NCBI RefSeq assembly: GCF_009914755.1
Contig: NC_060928.1
DNA length: 64,000 nt
Source of the DNA: the human T2T-CHM13v2.0 reference genome, Homo sapiens
Strand: one strand, 5' to 3'
Shown: positions 47,310 to 61,434 of the stretch, piece by piece
How the letters are laid out: every line of letters begins with the position of its first letter
Numbering within the stretch: the stretch's first letter is position 1
The notes under the pieces: generated by a model
Told to the model about the DNA's origin: nothing
What the model saw: the letters and a program-made list of their open reading frames with translations, nothing else
Database searches by the model: none
Program-made: the position numbers and the translations under genes

Positions 47310-47723
47310 TCATCCAATTTTTAAACTTGTTTTGTGATGTCCAAAGATAAGAGTTGTGGTGAATAAACAGAAAACAGGTTTAGAAAGTTAAGTCAGATGT
47401 ACCAAATTTCAATTAGAAAGTTATCTTTCCTTATTCTTTACTGCAGAAAAAATTTGCTGTTTTTGTAGTTATCTGTAAAAATCTCCTCTGCTGTTTAGTC
47501 TTAAAGTAGTATTAACTGTGTAGGTCTCTTTGTGATTAAGTCTAGCTTTTTTTTTGCTCTTTCTGGTTTATTATGAGATAGTTTTGTTATCGGTAGGTTG
47601 GGTTAGTCATATGTTACTATGGTATTATGAAGGAATATTTTCTTGTTTCTTGGATCATAAAATATGAACTTTGTTCCTTTTTTCTTATTGTTGGTACATC
47701 TCAATATTCATATTCATCCTACT

Positions 47724-47797
47724 GTGTGTGCATATATACATATACACACATATCTATATACATACATATGTATATGCACACATATGTGTATGCATAC
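47724..47797. repeat. Degenerate (TA/CA/TG)n simple repeat
   Basis: Directly visible. Confidence 0.85.
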
Positions 47798-48091
47798 AAA
47801 TATTTGTCAGAAGTTGGGTCACAGTTCTACAGTGAATTTTTCTTTATCCTAAGTATCTGATAGCAGGAGGTCTCTTTACTGTTCAGACTACCTAGAGTGA
47901 ATCTGAACTAGGAAGATTGTTTCCCCATGGAATAATGGAGAATACATAGAGGTGATGGAGGGTAAGAGGGATTTATCTAGCTTAATATGATAATATTAAG
48001 TGGTGGCTTTGGGACAAGTCTGGATGAATTTGTTTAATGTAGATGGCTAGTATTTCTGATTGTTGAGATGTTTTTGATTAAAGAATAATCA

Positions 48092-48394
48092 CGCTGGGCG
48101 CGGTGGCTCACGCATGTAATCCCAGCACTTTGGGAGGTCGAGGCAGGCGGATCACCTGATGTCAGGAGTTCAAGACCAGCCTGACCAACATGGAGAAACC
48201 CCATCTCTACTAAAAATACAAAATTAGCCAGGCGTGGTGACGCATGCCTGTAATCCCAGCTACGAGGTAGGCTGAGGCAGGAGAATCGCTTGAAACTGGG
48301 AGGTGGAGGTTGCCTGAGCCGAGATCATGCCATTGCACTCCAGCCTGGGCAACAACAGCAAAACTCCTTCTCAAAAAAAAAAAAAAAAAAAAAA
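48092..48394 (+). mobile_element. AluSp/Sq-like
   Basis: Dimer, ctgaccaacatggagaaaccc diagnostic; TSD aaagaataatcac. Confidence 0.94.
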
Positions 48395-48713
48395 GAATAA
48401 TCACATTCCTGTTATTTTGAGCCAGAGTATAGTAATTGAACCTTAGTTAGTGCTTACATTTAGAATGGTGAAATCAGGACATTACAAGTATGATCCATTC
48501 TCTTACATTTTAGTAGAAATGTGGGCATTTTTGTTGTATTTTTGCATTCTCATCATTGAAGGAAACAGAAAGGTGATTTAATCAACTTCGTTTATTAAAT
48601 TCACCCTTTTTTTCCCTTAATGATTTCTGTTGCAATTTTATAAATCTCTGATTCTAAATTTAACCTTTGAAATCTTTTAGGCCTTTAGATGTTGTTCTGG
48701 AAAAACTTTAGTA

Positions 48714-48810
48714 ATGGATCAAAGGAAGAATGAGAGTATTGTTCCTAGTATAACTCAATTAGAAGATTTTCTTACAGAACACAATTCCAATGTTGTTTGG
48801 CTCCTTGTTG
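48714..48810 (+). CDS. BLTP1: BLTP1 (KIAA1109) first coding exon, aa 1-32; exon probably starts 48681
   Basis: ATG in GTAATGG context; MDQRKNESIVPSITQLEDFLTEHNSNVVWLLV is the recognised N-terminus of KIAA1109/BLTP1; donor TTG|GTAAGT. Confidence 0.96.
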
Positions 48811-51100
48811 GTAAGTGGAATATTTTTCTTCTATTTTATTGTGTTTTAAGTATGGATTAACAGCTGCCAGATTTTAAACAGTGGTTGACTGAAGTTGGAA
48901 CACTAACACTACCATTTATTTATTTTTAGGAAGGAAGATTGTTATTTATATTTCTTGAACATTTGTTCTGGAAACTGCTCTGAAATGCTCTACTTTTTCT
49001 TAGGCTGCATTCTCATCTGACTTAGGGGAAGTGGAAAGAGAAGAAGAACACTGCACTTAGCTTATCTTTCTGGTTTCAGGTCACCTCCCCAACTTCTCGA
49101 CTCAACACACACCCAAACACTTTTGTTTTGTTACAGAAATAATAAATCCTCAAATATAATTTTACTGTAAAAATAATTCTATTTTTATAGTAAAATAGAA
49201 TTATATGCCTAATCTTTTAATCTCTTTCCTCATTCCTTGTGCACTTGGCAGTGAGATCTGCTATTAATAATTTTTTGGTATAATCTAGAAGTTTTCTAGG
49301 TATATAGAAATAGCTTAAACTAAATAGCAGAGGGAGAAAGGAAATATGAGTGAATGAATGAGTGAATATGAATGAATGAGAGGGAGAAATACAAAAATAA
49401 TACAGGGAAGGGAGAAATTATTGTAGGTTGTTTCTGCTCTGGAAGTTTTCATGGGAGAATGGTATTTGACTTTAATTTTGGCATAAGAATTGGAAACAGA
49501 GGAAATGAGGAAGGGAAAGAGAGGAAACAAAGGGTAATGATAATATGTTAAGCATCTTCTGTGTGCTAGATGCCAGGTTGTACATATGTTGTCTCACTTA
49601 ATGCTCAGAGTAGCTTTATGAAGGTAGGTTTTTATTCTTTTCCTTTTAATTCCCTGTTGGGGAATTGAGGCCCATAAAGATTAAGTAATTTATATGGGTT
49701 ACACAGGTTTTTTTTTTTTTTTTTTCTGAGGGGATGCTTATGCTTCTTTCATGACACCCAAGGATGTGGGTAGGAATATAAGTAGAGATGAAGTGTCTGT
49801 TCCCTTTCCTATCACCTAGAATTTTTCAGACTTTTTCCTGTTATAAACACCTCCTTTCTTTAAGAAAAAAACAACAATAACAAGCAGAAAAACATTGAGC
49901 AATTGTTTAATCCCTCTGTTTTACTATGAGCATAGGGGGGCGTGATATAATGAAAAGACTACGATTCCTGGCTTGTTTAATATTGAAAGCATATTTTCTC
50001 AGCAAATGCCTGTTGCCATTCTGAAGGACTCATATAACAACCTACTGTTGACACAGTGATTTATAGTAAAAATTTATACAAAATGACTTTAAACTTGAGA
50101 TATAATGGCATATCATCAAAATAACTTTTCAAAATATTTTTTCTAGAATTTTTTTTTTTAAAATGGCAAATCATAGCACTTGCTACGTCAAAGCTATTAC
50201 CATCAATCTAAGCTGCCCTGGGAATTGTATTTTATGTTGACTCTCAGTGATTGTTTTGCTTTATCCATAATACATAATTGTTTAAAAGTTAAGGACTTAA
50301 TATGATGTTACTAAAGGGTTATACAGGTTAAGTTGCTTTTCTATAACTTTCTCATAATTTAGAAGTAATACTTTTGAAAAGGATAAGTAAGAGCAAATTG
50401 ATTATCAAAACAATGTTTTCCTGTTTTGCCTTTTGTATATTCATGAACTAGATTTTTTGAGAATATGAATTTTATAAGTAACCATATACTTTCATTAAAA
50501 AAATAAATTTAGAATATCATTTACTGTAGCATATTCAATGACATCATAACTTATTGTCTTACCCATCACAGCAAAATATCTAGTTACAGGTGGCCTATTT
50601 GATATGCCTTTATACTAAATTCCGACTTCTTTTACTTAAAGCACAGCTTTAAAAAGCAGAAGGTTTTTCTTTAAAGCAGAGATTTTAAAAATCATTACTT
50701 TTCTTCCTTTACAAGTGGCTATAGCTTGTTTCAGGAAATAACTTGGGAATGAACTTGTGTATAGATGAGTTTTTGGCCTAATAAAGGTGAATTTGTTTCA
50801 GAATATTCAGAAATATGGCCTTTCTTCTCCCAGGCCATATTTTTTACATAATGTTTATTAACTAAAACAGTACAAAGCAGTGATAAAGTAAACAGAAATG
50901 AAAGCAGGCATACTTGAAACATTGCTCTAATGGATCTGATCGGAATTTATGCTTTTCTGGATTATGAATGAAGAAGAGGAAGAAAGCTGGATAAAGTATA
51001 ATCAACCTCTGGTTTTAAAATTCCAAGTATTAAATTGTAAGAGGACACATTACTGTGTAGAAGTAAATCCTATTATTTCTGATTTTTTTCCTCCCAACAG

Positions 51101-51217
51101 CTACCATTTTGTCCTGTGGATGGATTATTTACCTCACATATTATAATTCCCGGAATGTTGGTCTTATTTTAACACTAGTTCTTAACAGATTATACAAGCA
51201 TGGCTATATCCATATTG
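51101..51217 (+). CDS. BLTP1: BLTP1 coding exon 2 (117 nt; completes N-terminal transmembrane helix)
   Basis: ctcccaacag| acceptor, TTG|GTGAGT donor, phase 1-1; (A)TILSCGWIIYLTYYNSRNVGLILTLVLNRLYKHGYIHI. Confidence 0.96.
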
Positions 51218-51268
51218 GTGAGTTTGAGTTAACACTGAATTTTTTTCTTCCTTATAATCTTGAGATGT

Positions 51269-51661
51269 TGTCTTACCATTTTTTGTTGCTATAACTGAAT
51301 GCCTGAGACTAGGTCATTTATAAAGAGAAGCAATTTATGTCTGATAGTTCTGGAGGCTGGGAAGTCCCAAGTTGAGGGGGTGCATCTGGTAAGGACCTTT
51401 TTACCAGTGGGGACTCTGCAGAGTCTTGAGGTGGCACAGGGTGTCACATGGTGAGGGGGCTGAGCTTGCTTGCTCAGGTCTCTTTTTCCTCTTGTAAAGC
51501 CACTGATGTCCCAACATCATGGCCTCATTTAATCCTGAGTACTTCCCAAATGTCTCACATCTCAAATACTGTAGTCAGATTTCCCACCCTTCTAACACTG
51601 TTAAAATGAGAATTAAGTTTCAACGTGAGTTTTAGAGGGAACAAACATTCAAACCATAGCA
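51269..51661 (-). mobile_element. MST/MLT1A-type MaLR solo LTR
   Basis: TG...CA, agttctggaggctgggaagtc, aaacattcaaaccatagca; 5-bp TSD GATGT (51264-51268, 51662-51666). Confidence 0.92.
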
Positions 51662-52638
51662 GATGTATATTATAAATTTATATTTCATGAACAGATAGTA
51701 GCATTAGAAATTTACCTTTGTTTCATGATAGTTAAGATAATCTAACTGGAATTTCTCTCACACAGCACTCCATTACTTCATGATAATATCCGCTTGGTTA
51801 TGTCCTTTACCCCATTATTTATTACTTCTTTAAGTGTTTCTGTAGTAACTTTTTGACTTTTTTTTAACTTATAAAAGATGCTCATTAAAAGAGTTTGAAA
51901 AACTTGGATATGTATTAAATGTGGAAATAGAAATTTCTTGTGAGTCCACCATTCAAAGAAAGTTTTTCATGTTCAATGTAGTTTTGGTTATTTTTAAAGT
52001 AACCCATACTTTAAAAATATGTAAGTTAGAATCATCTTGTATGTTTCATTTTATGGCCTGCTTTATTAATTAAATTTTTGACTACTTAAAAGTAGGAAAT
52101 TTGCAGGTAAATAGGAGGGTGTATTAGGAAGCTATGTGCTTTGAAAGCCCTAAACCAGTGGGAGAAAGGGATGGGGAGAGATGACTGGAGAGAACCATTC
52201 TAACCTGCCTTATAATTGAGTACCTTTTAGTCGACATAAAACTTCTTTCAAACATAAATCGTCTTCCATTAATTTGAGGCAATGGCTGGTTCCTGCAGTC
52301 ACTCAAGATTCTAAAGAAAAATGGTGAATTAGTCACTACTTTGGGTTTATTTAATGGCAGTGCATAATTAAGGGAATTATCCATACAAAGCAGTTACTTA
52401 AACTAATATCCTCTTCAGGTTATTTAGTAGCTTACTTCATAGTGATCATATGTATGGCACTTTTTGTTTTATTGGGGAAAGAATGATGGAAAATCAGTAA
52501 GGCTGTAAGGGTATCAGGAAGAGAGTGAGAAGAGATGCTTATTGAATAAATTTAGTGCTAATGTTATTTTAAACTTTAAGGGCCCTACTGTCTGTTAAAA
52601 CAGTTACATTAACTGCTGTTTTTTCCTTCCTATAACAG

Positions 52639-52717
52639 GTTCCTTCTCTTTCTCTGTTCTTTCTGGAAAAGTCATGGTTCGTGAAATCTATTACATTACA
52701 GAAGACATGTCTATTAG
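52639..52717 (+). CDS. BLTP1: BLTP1 coding exon 3 (79 nt)
   Basis: cctataacag| acceptor, TAG|GTAACA donor, phase 1-2; (G)SFSFSVLSGKVMVREIYYITEDMSI(R). Confidence 0.96.
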
Positions 52718-53914
52718 GTAACAAAATTAAAAAATTGAAAAGGACCCATGTTAAACATACTTTAAAAATATTGTTAAAATGTTTTATGATATTTTATTGA
52801 ATGTGACTTGCTTCTTCAAATAAAACTAAATCAAATTTTTTTTTCCAGTAAATCATACTTGATGAATTGATGTTTTAAAATATTTTGTCAGTGGATTAAT
52901 TTAGCAGAATATAAAAATAGCTGTTTATAGAAATGAATAATCTTTCATTTCTAGATGAGAAAGTGAACCTTTAAATTGCCTGACCATTTTATATCACAGA
53001 GTTCATAGTAGTCATTCGTTATATACAGCAAGGTTTAGAGATGTTGGTCTGTCATCCATTAGCTCCTTATTAGAGATAATAAGTTTATAGAATTGTTTAG
53101 CATTTGTTAGAAACTCTTAATTTTATTCAAAGAAGGAAACACAAATATGAATATAATAAGGATATGATTGAAATGTTCCTTCTTCTGTAAGTCTTGAAAG
53201 AAAAGCCTACTCAATTTTTGTGATTTTCTTCAAATTTGTGACTTAGGTAGAATTCAAAAGTTTTGAATTAATTGAGAGGTGCTAGAGTTTGGCAGTGCTC
53301 ACACCTCACTTAAAACTAGAGGAGACAACTTCTATACTAGTCTAAAATTATTTCCCAATCAAAAGTGAAAAATAAAAAGCTCAGAGACTGTAAGTTCATC
53401 CTTTTGGGGCATGAGATGATAGGTTATTTATGAGAAATGAAGGAACATCCTTAAAAGTTTCTCTTTTGTGTGCTAACATCCCTCTTTCAAGATTTGGCTT
53501 ATTGTTACATAATTTTTTTCCCTCTCTCCTGTAGAACTAGGTATCTGTAATTTTTTATTTTAAAAAATATCATTTAAAAAGGAAAACATTTCTGTTAGCG
53601 CTTCATTTTCCTGTGACCATTAATTAGAAGAATATGATATTTCAAAACATGTTGTATATGATAAATATATGCAATTTTTATGCATCAAGAATCTTTAGCT
53701 ATGCAAAGTCTCTTCCTTTTTTAACTAGAAGATCATGAAACATACTTCATAAGTCTTTGTTCACGAAAAGATGTGTGTTTATGTATGCCAATGTTCTTTT
53801 GAGGATTTCCTGTATTTCCTTGTTCATTATCAATTGGCTTCCTTTTGGAATAACTAAGAAATGAGTTAAGTAAATTGTTACTTAAATTCTAATTTTGTAA
53901 TTTCCCTTTCTTAG

Positions 53915-53979
53915 GATTCAAGATGGATTCATCATTTTTCGGTGGTGGAAAATGTATAACCCAAAACAGAAGCAACATG
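53915..53979 (+). CDS. BLTP1: BLTP1 coding exon 4 (65 nt); gene continues beyond window
   Basis: ctttcttag| acceptor, ATG|GTGAGT donor, phase 2-1; IQDGFIIFRWWKMYNPKQKQH; four exons join in one open frame (358 nt). Confidence 0.96.
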
Positions 53980-54083
53980 GTGAGTTTTCATTTTTTATGT
54001 GTTTAAAATGTTCAATCATATAATCAGGATTTTATGAAAACTAATTAAAATTAGATATGACCAGTTAGAAAAGTTTAATTTTT

Positions 54084-54397
<314 letters not shown>

Positions 54398-55099
54398 TTA
54401 AAAATGAGTGAAGAGAATTATTATTAACTTTTGTAGCATTAGCTGTGATTTAAATGAGAGGTATATACTCTTCAGTAAGGCATCACATTTTACCAAAATT
54501 AATAATTTGAATTGTTTGTAAAAATATATATAAAATAGAAAATATTCCAAACAAAGGTAAATTTTAAACCAACAAATTAAAAGTACACTACCACTCATGT
54601 TTTAAAAATGAACTAAGGAAAATGAATCAGCAACATTCACTTTCACTTCATAGTATCTTTCATATAGTAATATTTTTATGAGTAATTTACTTGTTAAACA
54701 ATTTTTCAGGTAAATTCTTTTGCTTCTACTCCAGTGTAGGTTTTTTCTATTATGACTTCTTAGGATAATTGATAAAAAAAAATGATAAAGGCCCAATCCT
54801 TCAAAAAACAAATATTTAGAAGATGTAATTTTCCTAATATTTTGCCGTAGTTCTTTGGCCTGTGTTCCCTCCTGTTTCCTCAGATTTATCACATGACTAA
54901 CAGCTAAAATAATCTCTAAACTGTTATATCAAGCACTTCATCACCTTTACTTGCTGTAGTTTAAATCTTAAACAGACTCTAGGAAACACACTGGTGTTTT
55001 AATATGTATGAAGTATTCTGAGATTTGATAGTAATAAACCCAGTTTTAAACACATTAAACTCTGTCATTCACTAGCGTTAAACCTTTCCTCAGTCATCA

Positions 55100-56105
55100 T
55101 CCTTGATTTCTCCTCAGACCACTAGGGTCAAATATCTAGCAGCCTACTCAGCGTCTCCAATTTTATGTGTAACAGGTTTCTTACACTTGAAATATTCAAC
55201 CAAACACCTGATCTTCCCACCCAAACCTACCCCACGGTATTTTCCATCTTATCAACAGCAAGTCTATCTTTTCTATTGCTCAGGCCAAAAATCTTGACTG
55301 CTGTCTTTTGTGTCCCAGAGGTCATCATCAAATCTTGTCAGCTTTCCTTTCATCCTACATCCAGAATCCAACTACTTCTCCCCACACTGGCCCAAGTCGC
55401 CATCATCTTCCACCTGTTTTATCACATAGTCTCTTAACTAGTCTCCCTGCTTCTGTGCACTTGTTCCTCAACCTGCTCTTAATACACTGGCCAGATCTTT
55501 TAAAAATGTAAGATCATTTTATTCCTCTCTCTTCCCAGATTTTCCCGTGGCTTCCCATCTCACTCAGAACAACACCAAGGTCTTGTAAGTGACCTATAGA
55601 ATCCTACGAACTTTCTATAAATAGCTTATAAAATCCTATATTATATCCCTATAAATATTCTATAAAATTCCTTCTACCTCCTGATCATCTTACCTTCCAC
55701 CCCACTCCAGATAAACTGGCCTGTTAGTGTTGGTGATGAAACTGCAGCAGAGCCACCATGAAATGTTGGCCTCTGGATATTCACAGTATTCATTCCCTTA
55801 TTTGCTTGGTGGTTCTGGTTAACTATCCTCTATCAATGAAGCTTTTCCTGAATACTTTTGTAAAGCAGCACCCTCCCCCACAAACTAGCACTCTTTGTTC
55901 CACTAACCTTGCTTTTATTTTCTTCAATGCTGTATTTTTCTCATGCATTCCTTGATGCTGTATATATATTTATACTTGCTTATTAGTGGAATCTACCTAA
56001 CTTGAATGAAGCAAACTCTGTAAATGGTGGGACTTGTTTTGTTCTGTACTGTATACTTGGTGTCTAGAAAAATGCTTAGTACATAGAAGAACTCATTTGT
56101 ATAAA
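55100..56105 (+). mobile_element. L2 3' region
   Basis: ttgctcaggccaaaaatcttg, atccagaatccaactacttctc, ggcttcccatctcactcagaa, cttgttttgttctgtactgtat...gtacatag. Confidence 0.75.
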
Positions 56106-57061
56106 AGAGTAACAGAGTATCTTTCTCCTAGTCATACTTCTAAGTAAAACAAAACATTGAGAAACATCTTATAGAATGCTTGAAAATCTAACATGTGGAG
56201 GCATAATAAACCTAAAATATGATATGTTTCTATTCCCAGATAGACCTATACCAGTAGAAATTAATTCTTATGAGATTCTTCAAGGTTATAAACAACTCAA
56301 TCAAAATTTACCAGGAAACTCTTTTAAATTGTTTGTTTTCAAATTTACATAAGCAATAGTTTACTAATGATACCTGCATACAAATGTCCTGATTATTAGG
56401 CATACACTTTAAAGGCCAGTTGGTGAGCTGCAGAAGCAGCAATGAGGGAAATTAAGAGCCTGGACCTGCCCCTAATTGGATCAGCAGTGATGCATAAACA
56501 AACGGTGACTGTATAAAAATGAAAACAGGATTACTCTCAAATCCGTCTCTAACTTGCTGGGCATGTACGACAGATTCTCTCCTTTCAATATAACAGCTAT
56601 GATAAGATATGGCTTCATTAATTGGAGACGCCAAGGCATAAAGAGAAAGGTATTAATTTCTGAATGTACGTTGACAACACTGATAAACACTAAATACTGA
56701 ATACTAAAATATTGTAAGATCCTCCTCAACATTCCTTATCCTGTTTTTCAGCTTTTATTCCATTATTATCTCATTTATTATTTTATTATTTATTTTCACC
56801 TCTGCAGCCAGAATGCACCCTTCTGCATTAGTGCATAATTTTTCCTATGTTCACTGCCATATCTCTGGTGCCTAAAACAGTGACTAGTACATAGAAGATG
56901 TTGAATAAATAATTGTTAAATTATTAAATAAAAATAATAAATAGGTTTAAAAATTTTAAGGTTGAACAAAATGCGTAAATCACTCTTTTCCTTCCAAAAA
57001 TCACCTTAGAAAAGTATTGAACAAATAGCAAGTCTGTAAGCATTTAAAAAGCACCTTTTGA

Positions 57062-57367
57062 GGCAAGGCATGTTGGCTCATGCCTGTAATCGCAGTGCTT
57101 TGGGAGGCTGAGGTGGGAGGATTGCTTGAGCCAGGAGTTTGAGACCAGCTTATACAACATTAGCAAGACCATGTCTCTATAAAAATTTTAAAAAATGAGC
57201 TGGGTGTGCTGGTATATGCCAGTAGGCTTAGCTACTTGGCCTGAGGTGGGAACATGCCTCAGGCTGAGTTACAGTAAGCTATGATTACACCACTGCACTC
57301 CAGCCTGGGTGGCAGAGGAAGACCTTTTCTCTAAAAAATAAATAAATAAATAAATAAATAGATAAAT
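57062..57367 (+). mobile_element. AluJ with (TAAA)n tail
   Basis: Diverged dimer. Confidence 0.88.
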
Positions 57368-58089
57368 GCACTGCTTGGTCTCATATTTTAAAAGAGAAAC
57401 ATTTAGCTCAGTTCACATCCCACCTTTATTTGTTCTCTTGTTTCTATTTAGTTCACCTGCATTAATAATATTCCAGCCAAAGACCTGTATGATTAAACAG
57501 TAAACCAGATCTCCAAGCGTGGGCTGATCTCCATGCTTACATGGTCTGTATTTTCTTCAAGGCTTCTGTCCAGGATCTTTTTTGTTAATATTCCTAGCCT
57601 TCTACCATCCTCAGGAGTATTTTATGTGGCAACACTCCTTTCATCCTCCGTACCTGTACCCCAGTATTACACACTTAGATACAAAGAGACAGGTTGCCTA
57701 AAAGCACACCCATAGAACAGAAACACAGGGAAAAGGACACATACAGAGAGGCATATATATGCATACAGAAATGGGCGTGCACATATAGGTACACTTATGT
57801 ACAGAGAAACATTTTCAAAGATGAGCACATACATGCACACACACTCACACAGCCACACATTGCATGCCCACACAAGTGCTAGTACACTCACTGTATCCCC
57901 CTCACAGAGATAAATACACAGAGGCTACATGCAAAGTATCCTCCCTGCCCCCCACATACAGACAGGGGTACCATTCCAGATCAATGGAGGCATATCCCCA
58001 GCAGTGAGCATGTCCCCTCATAAACAAGTATCCCTCCAAAAGACAGGCACTTCTTCCAAAGGCATCCATCTCTCATATACACGTGCATG

Positions 58090-58101
58090 TACACACACAC
58101 A

Positions 58102-58136
<35 letters not shown>
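58090..58136. repeat. (CA)n microsatellite ending a ~400-bp CA-rich low-complexity tract
   Basis: Directly visible. Confidence 0.95.
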
Positions 58137-58234
58137 GGCTTCTTTAAAAAAACCTAATATGTTGAGAATGGCTGCATTGGATTCTTCAGGAACTGGACAA
58201 AGGAGGTAAATAAATAGTAGAAAGAATATAGGAT

Positions 58235-58640
58235 GTGATCCCTGTAACGTCATTTACTAATATTGTGACTTAAGGCAAGAATTTTAACCACTCTGAGCCT
58301 CATTTTTTTCATCTATAAAATGAGAACACCTCTACTTACCTGTAGGATTGCTGTACAAAATAAATACTAGTTTTTTTCTCTTTGAAGGTCAAATTCTTAC
58401 TAGTCATGTAAATTATATATTTGTTTTCAAGTTATTCTTTTAAGATAATCTTTCAGAATGTGATATAATGTTCAGAATAATGATAAAGGCAGCTCAGCTC
58501 TATTGCACTCTTGCTGTGTTCCAGGTACTGTTCTAGGCACTCTATGCACATAATTTTATTTAATCCTCACAACAACTCTAGTGATTGGAGCCCAAGATTA
58601 CACAACCAGCAAGAAGTAGATTGGAACCCAGATACTAAAC
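58235..58640. mobile_element. Two MIR fragments in opposite orientations
   Basis: tgtgacttaaggcaag..ctctgagcctcattttttt catctataaaatgag (58263-58325) and ccaggtactgttctaggcact..tttaatcctcacaacaactc (58520-58580). Confidence 0.7.
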
Positions 58641-61112
58641 TCTTCACAAAACAAAAGTAAAAGTAAATGCATTTTGTAGAACTGCTTAAGTCTTCTGAAC
58701 AAACAGCTAATTGAGACTCCTTGTTTTCCAAAGAGAAATTAGAAAAAAGATACGTATTTAATTATGTAATTGGGACACATGCTATTTGTAGTAAAAAAGG
58801 CAAGGTGCAGAAGTGCTGCCAAGGCATTACAATTCTGAGAATCAATACAAAGACAAAACAGTCTACTGACCTTTTAAAAACTGCTCAGGGTTTTCTATTT
58901 ATGTAATTTATTTAACAAACAAGGTTTAGATGTAACCAGTTTTAAATTACACTAATAGATTATAGTAGGCTAAAACCTCTAAGTAATAAAATAACAGAAA
59001 GGGACATACTTTACCATCATTCTTTCACTTCTTGGTATAAGAATTTCTTGTGGTTAAGAAGAAAGCATGACTATTTATTCAGATCCATATTCATTTAAAC
59101 ATTATGATATATCATTGCCTGTTAAGAGGCAACTGGTCTTACAGTTTATTTTCCAAAAGACAGTCTTTATCCTAAAAACAAAATAAAGATTTTTGACAGA
59201 TATAATTGGTCTTTAGCTGACAATCATCTATAAAGCAGATCACTAATTTTATAACCTAGGGAGTATTTACAAACATTCTATGATAAACAAATTAGATGCG
59301 TTCTTTTTTTTTAAAAGAGCTATACTGGACAACTGACAGATCTAAATGTGCTCCTGGCGCAGAATTTGGGCACTTGAACACTCCTCTTTTTTCCTGATAG
59401 AGCAATTCAAAAACTTAGTAATAAAAATCTTGGTCCTACCTACAGACAGACTTTGGTCCATCTCCTTGGAAGGCTGAATGCACATCTGTCTATTCAGGCA
59501 TATGCCCCAATTAGGCTTCTAATTTTTCCACCAAGAAACATCAACTTCCTTCTTGGTTAACTGCCAAGCATATGGATCTGCCCTTAATCAGAGAGAGAAA
59601 TACTGATTATAAGGTCTTGTTAGTGAACATAATCTGTTTTTATATTATATATAATGATTGTATAAGCTGCTAATCTTGTTAGACTTTTATCAAAAGCTTC
59701 ATTTGCAGCCTATTCATTCCTCTATCTAGTATAGTCTAAATTCTGTCCCTGAGTAATGGTAGACCGATAATGTACTCAAACCAAATTATTTATTCCTGCA
59801 TTACTATTTGACATCATGTCTTTACTTTTGAAGGACATTGAGTATGTTGTTAAGAATGTCATCCTCCATACTAGAGAATTTCCTTTAAAAAAGCACAGGG
59901 AAGAAAAACTTAATTGACTCTTCACCAATGTTGTGCTCCTCTTGATGAGAATTAAATGTCATATTGTAGGTAAAAGTATGAGCAAATTATTAGTAATTGC
60001 AAAAGTAATAATTGATAACATCTACCAACCTCTAACATCGCTATAAAATAGAGGTGTGGAATCTTTTTTTCTATTGAAAATCATTGGCACACAAAAAATT
60101 TAAAAAAGAACACTTAAGCCAAAAACAATTTAAATATTCTTAAATGTTAAGAAGAATACAGAATATCCAAAAATTATAATATTTCTATTCTAGATTATGG
60201 ACAATTACAGAGAGCATACAGAGAGACAGCAATATGCTAATATTAAAAGAGTGACAAAAAGAATTCAAGACATTGACAGAAATTATGGGGGAAAGCCAGT
60301 CAAGGGAAGGCCAGTATTTAAGCTATTTCTGTTAACCTGAGGTGTATGAATCTGAAGTAGTGACTACATTTTGCTATGTCCTTTCAAAGAAGCTGAGTTT
60401 ATGGCACTCCCCTGCCCTCCCCTGAGTTTATTGACTGTGCCTGCCAGGTGTTCAGGGTCCTCCATACACAGTTTCCAAATCATCCCCTATTACCCCATTA
60501 CCTTAAATTTACCACCACCAAATTGAATTTCTAAACACACACATTTTCTAACCTCAGTGCCATTGGTCTAATCAGTTATTCCATCTGAGCTCCCCTCCGC
60601 TCCACATCTGTCTGACATAATCCTACTCACTCATCATCATGCATGCTCCTTGAGGAATAAGGCATTCACAGGAGCCCTCCATCTACCATTCTGCTTCCTG
60701 ACAAATGGGCAGAACTTTATTGTCAAACCATGACCCTGTTGGGACCATACGAAATGTTCTGTATCAAAGTTAGAAGTTCTCAGTATTTTTCCTCCATTCA
60801 CATTCACTGCTCCCTTTCTCCTTTAATTGTAATTGTTTATATGCATCTGCTCTACCAAATCGATTCAAGTAGCACTCATTTCCCTCTTTCTTTTTTTAAA
60901 TCCCTCTCCCAGCTTAACACAATGATTAATAAAGTGAATGCCAAATAAATACCTGTTAAAGATTTTTATCAAAAACCACCTCTTTCTTGAAAGACACTTG
61001 GGTCACTTATTCTTGACCTTCATACGTGTATTCTGGTGAGGAGCAATTCATTTTAATGAGATGTAATATTTCATGATCAAATGAAGTAACTACTTTTCTC
61101 AAAAAGAAAAAA

Positions 61113-61434
<322 letters not shown>

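Noticed and set aside
51109-51294. ORF-track 61-aa protein
   Set aside because: It is BLTP1 coding exon 2 read through into the intron, not a separate gene
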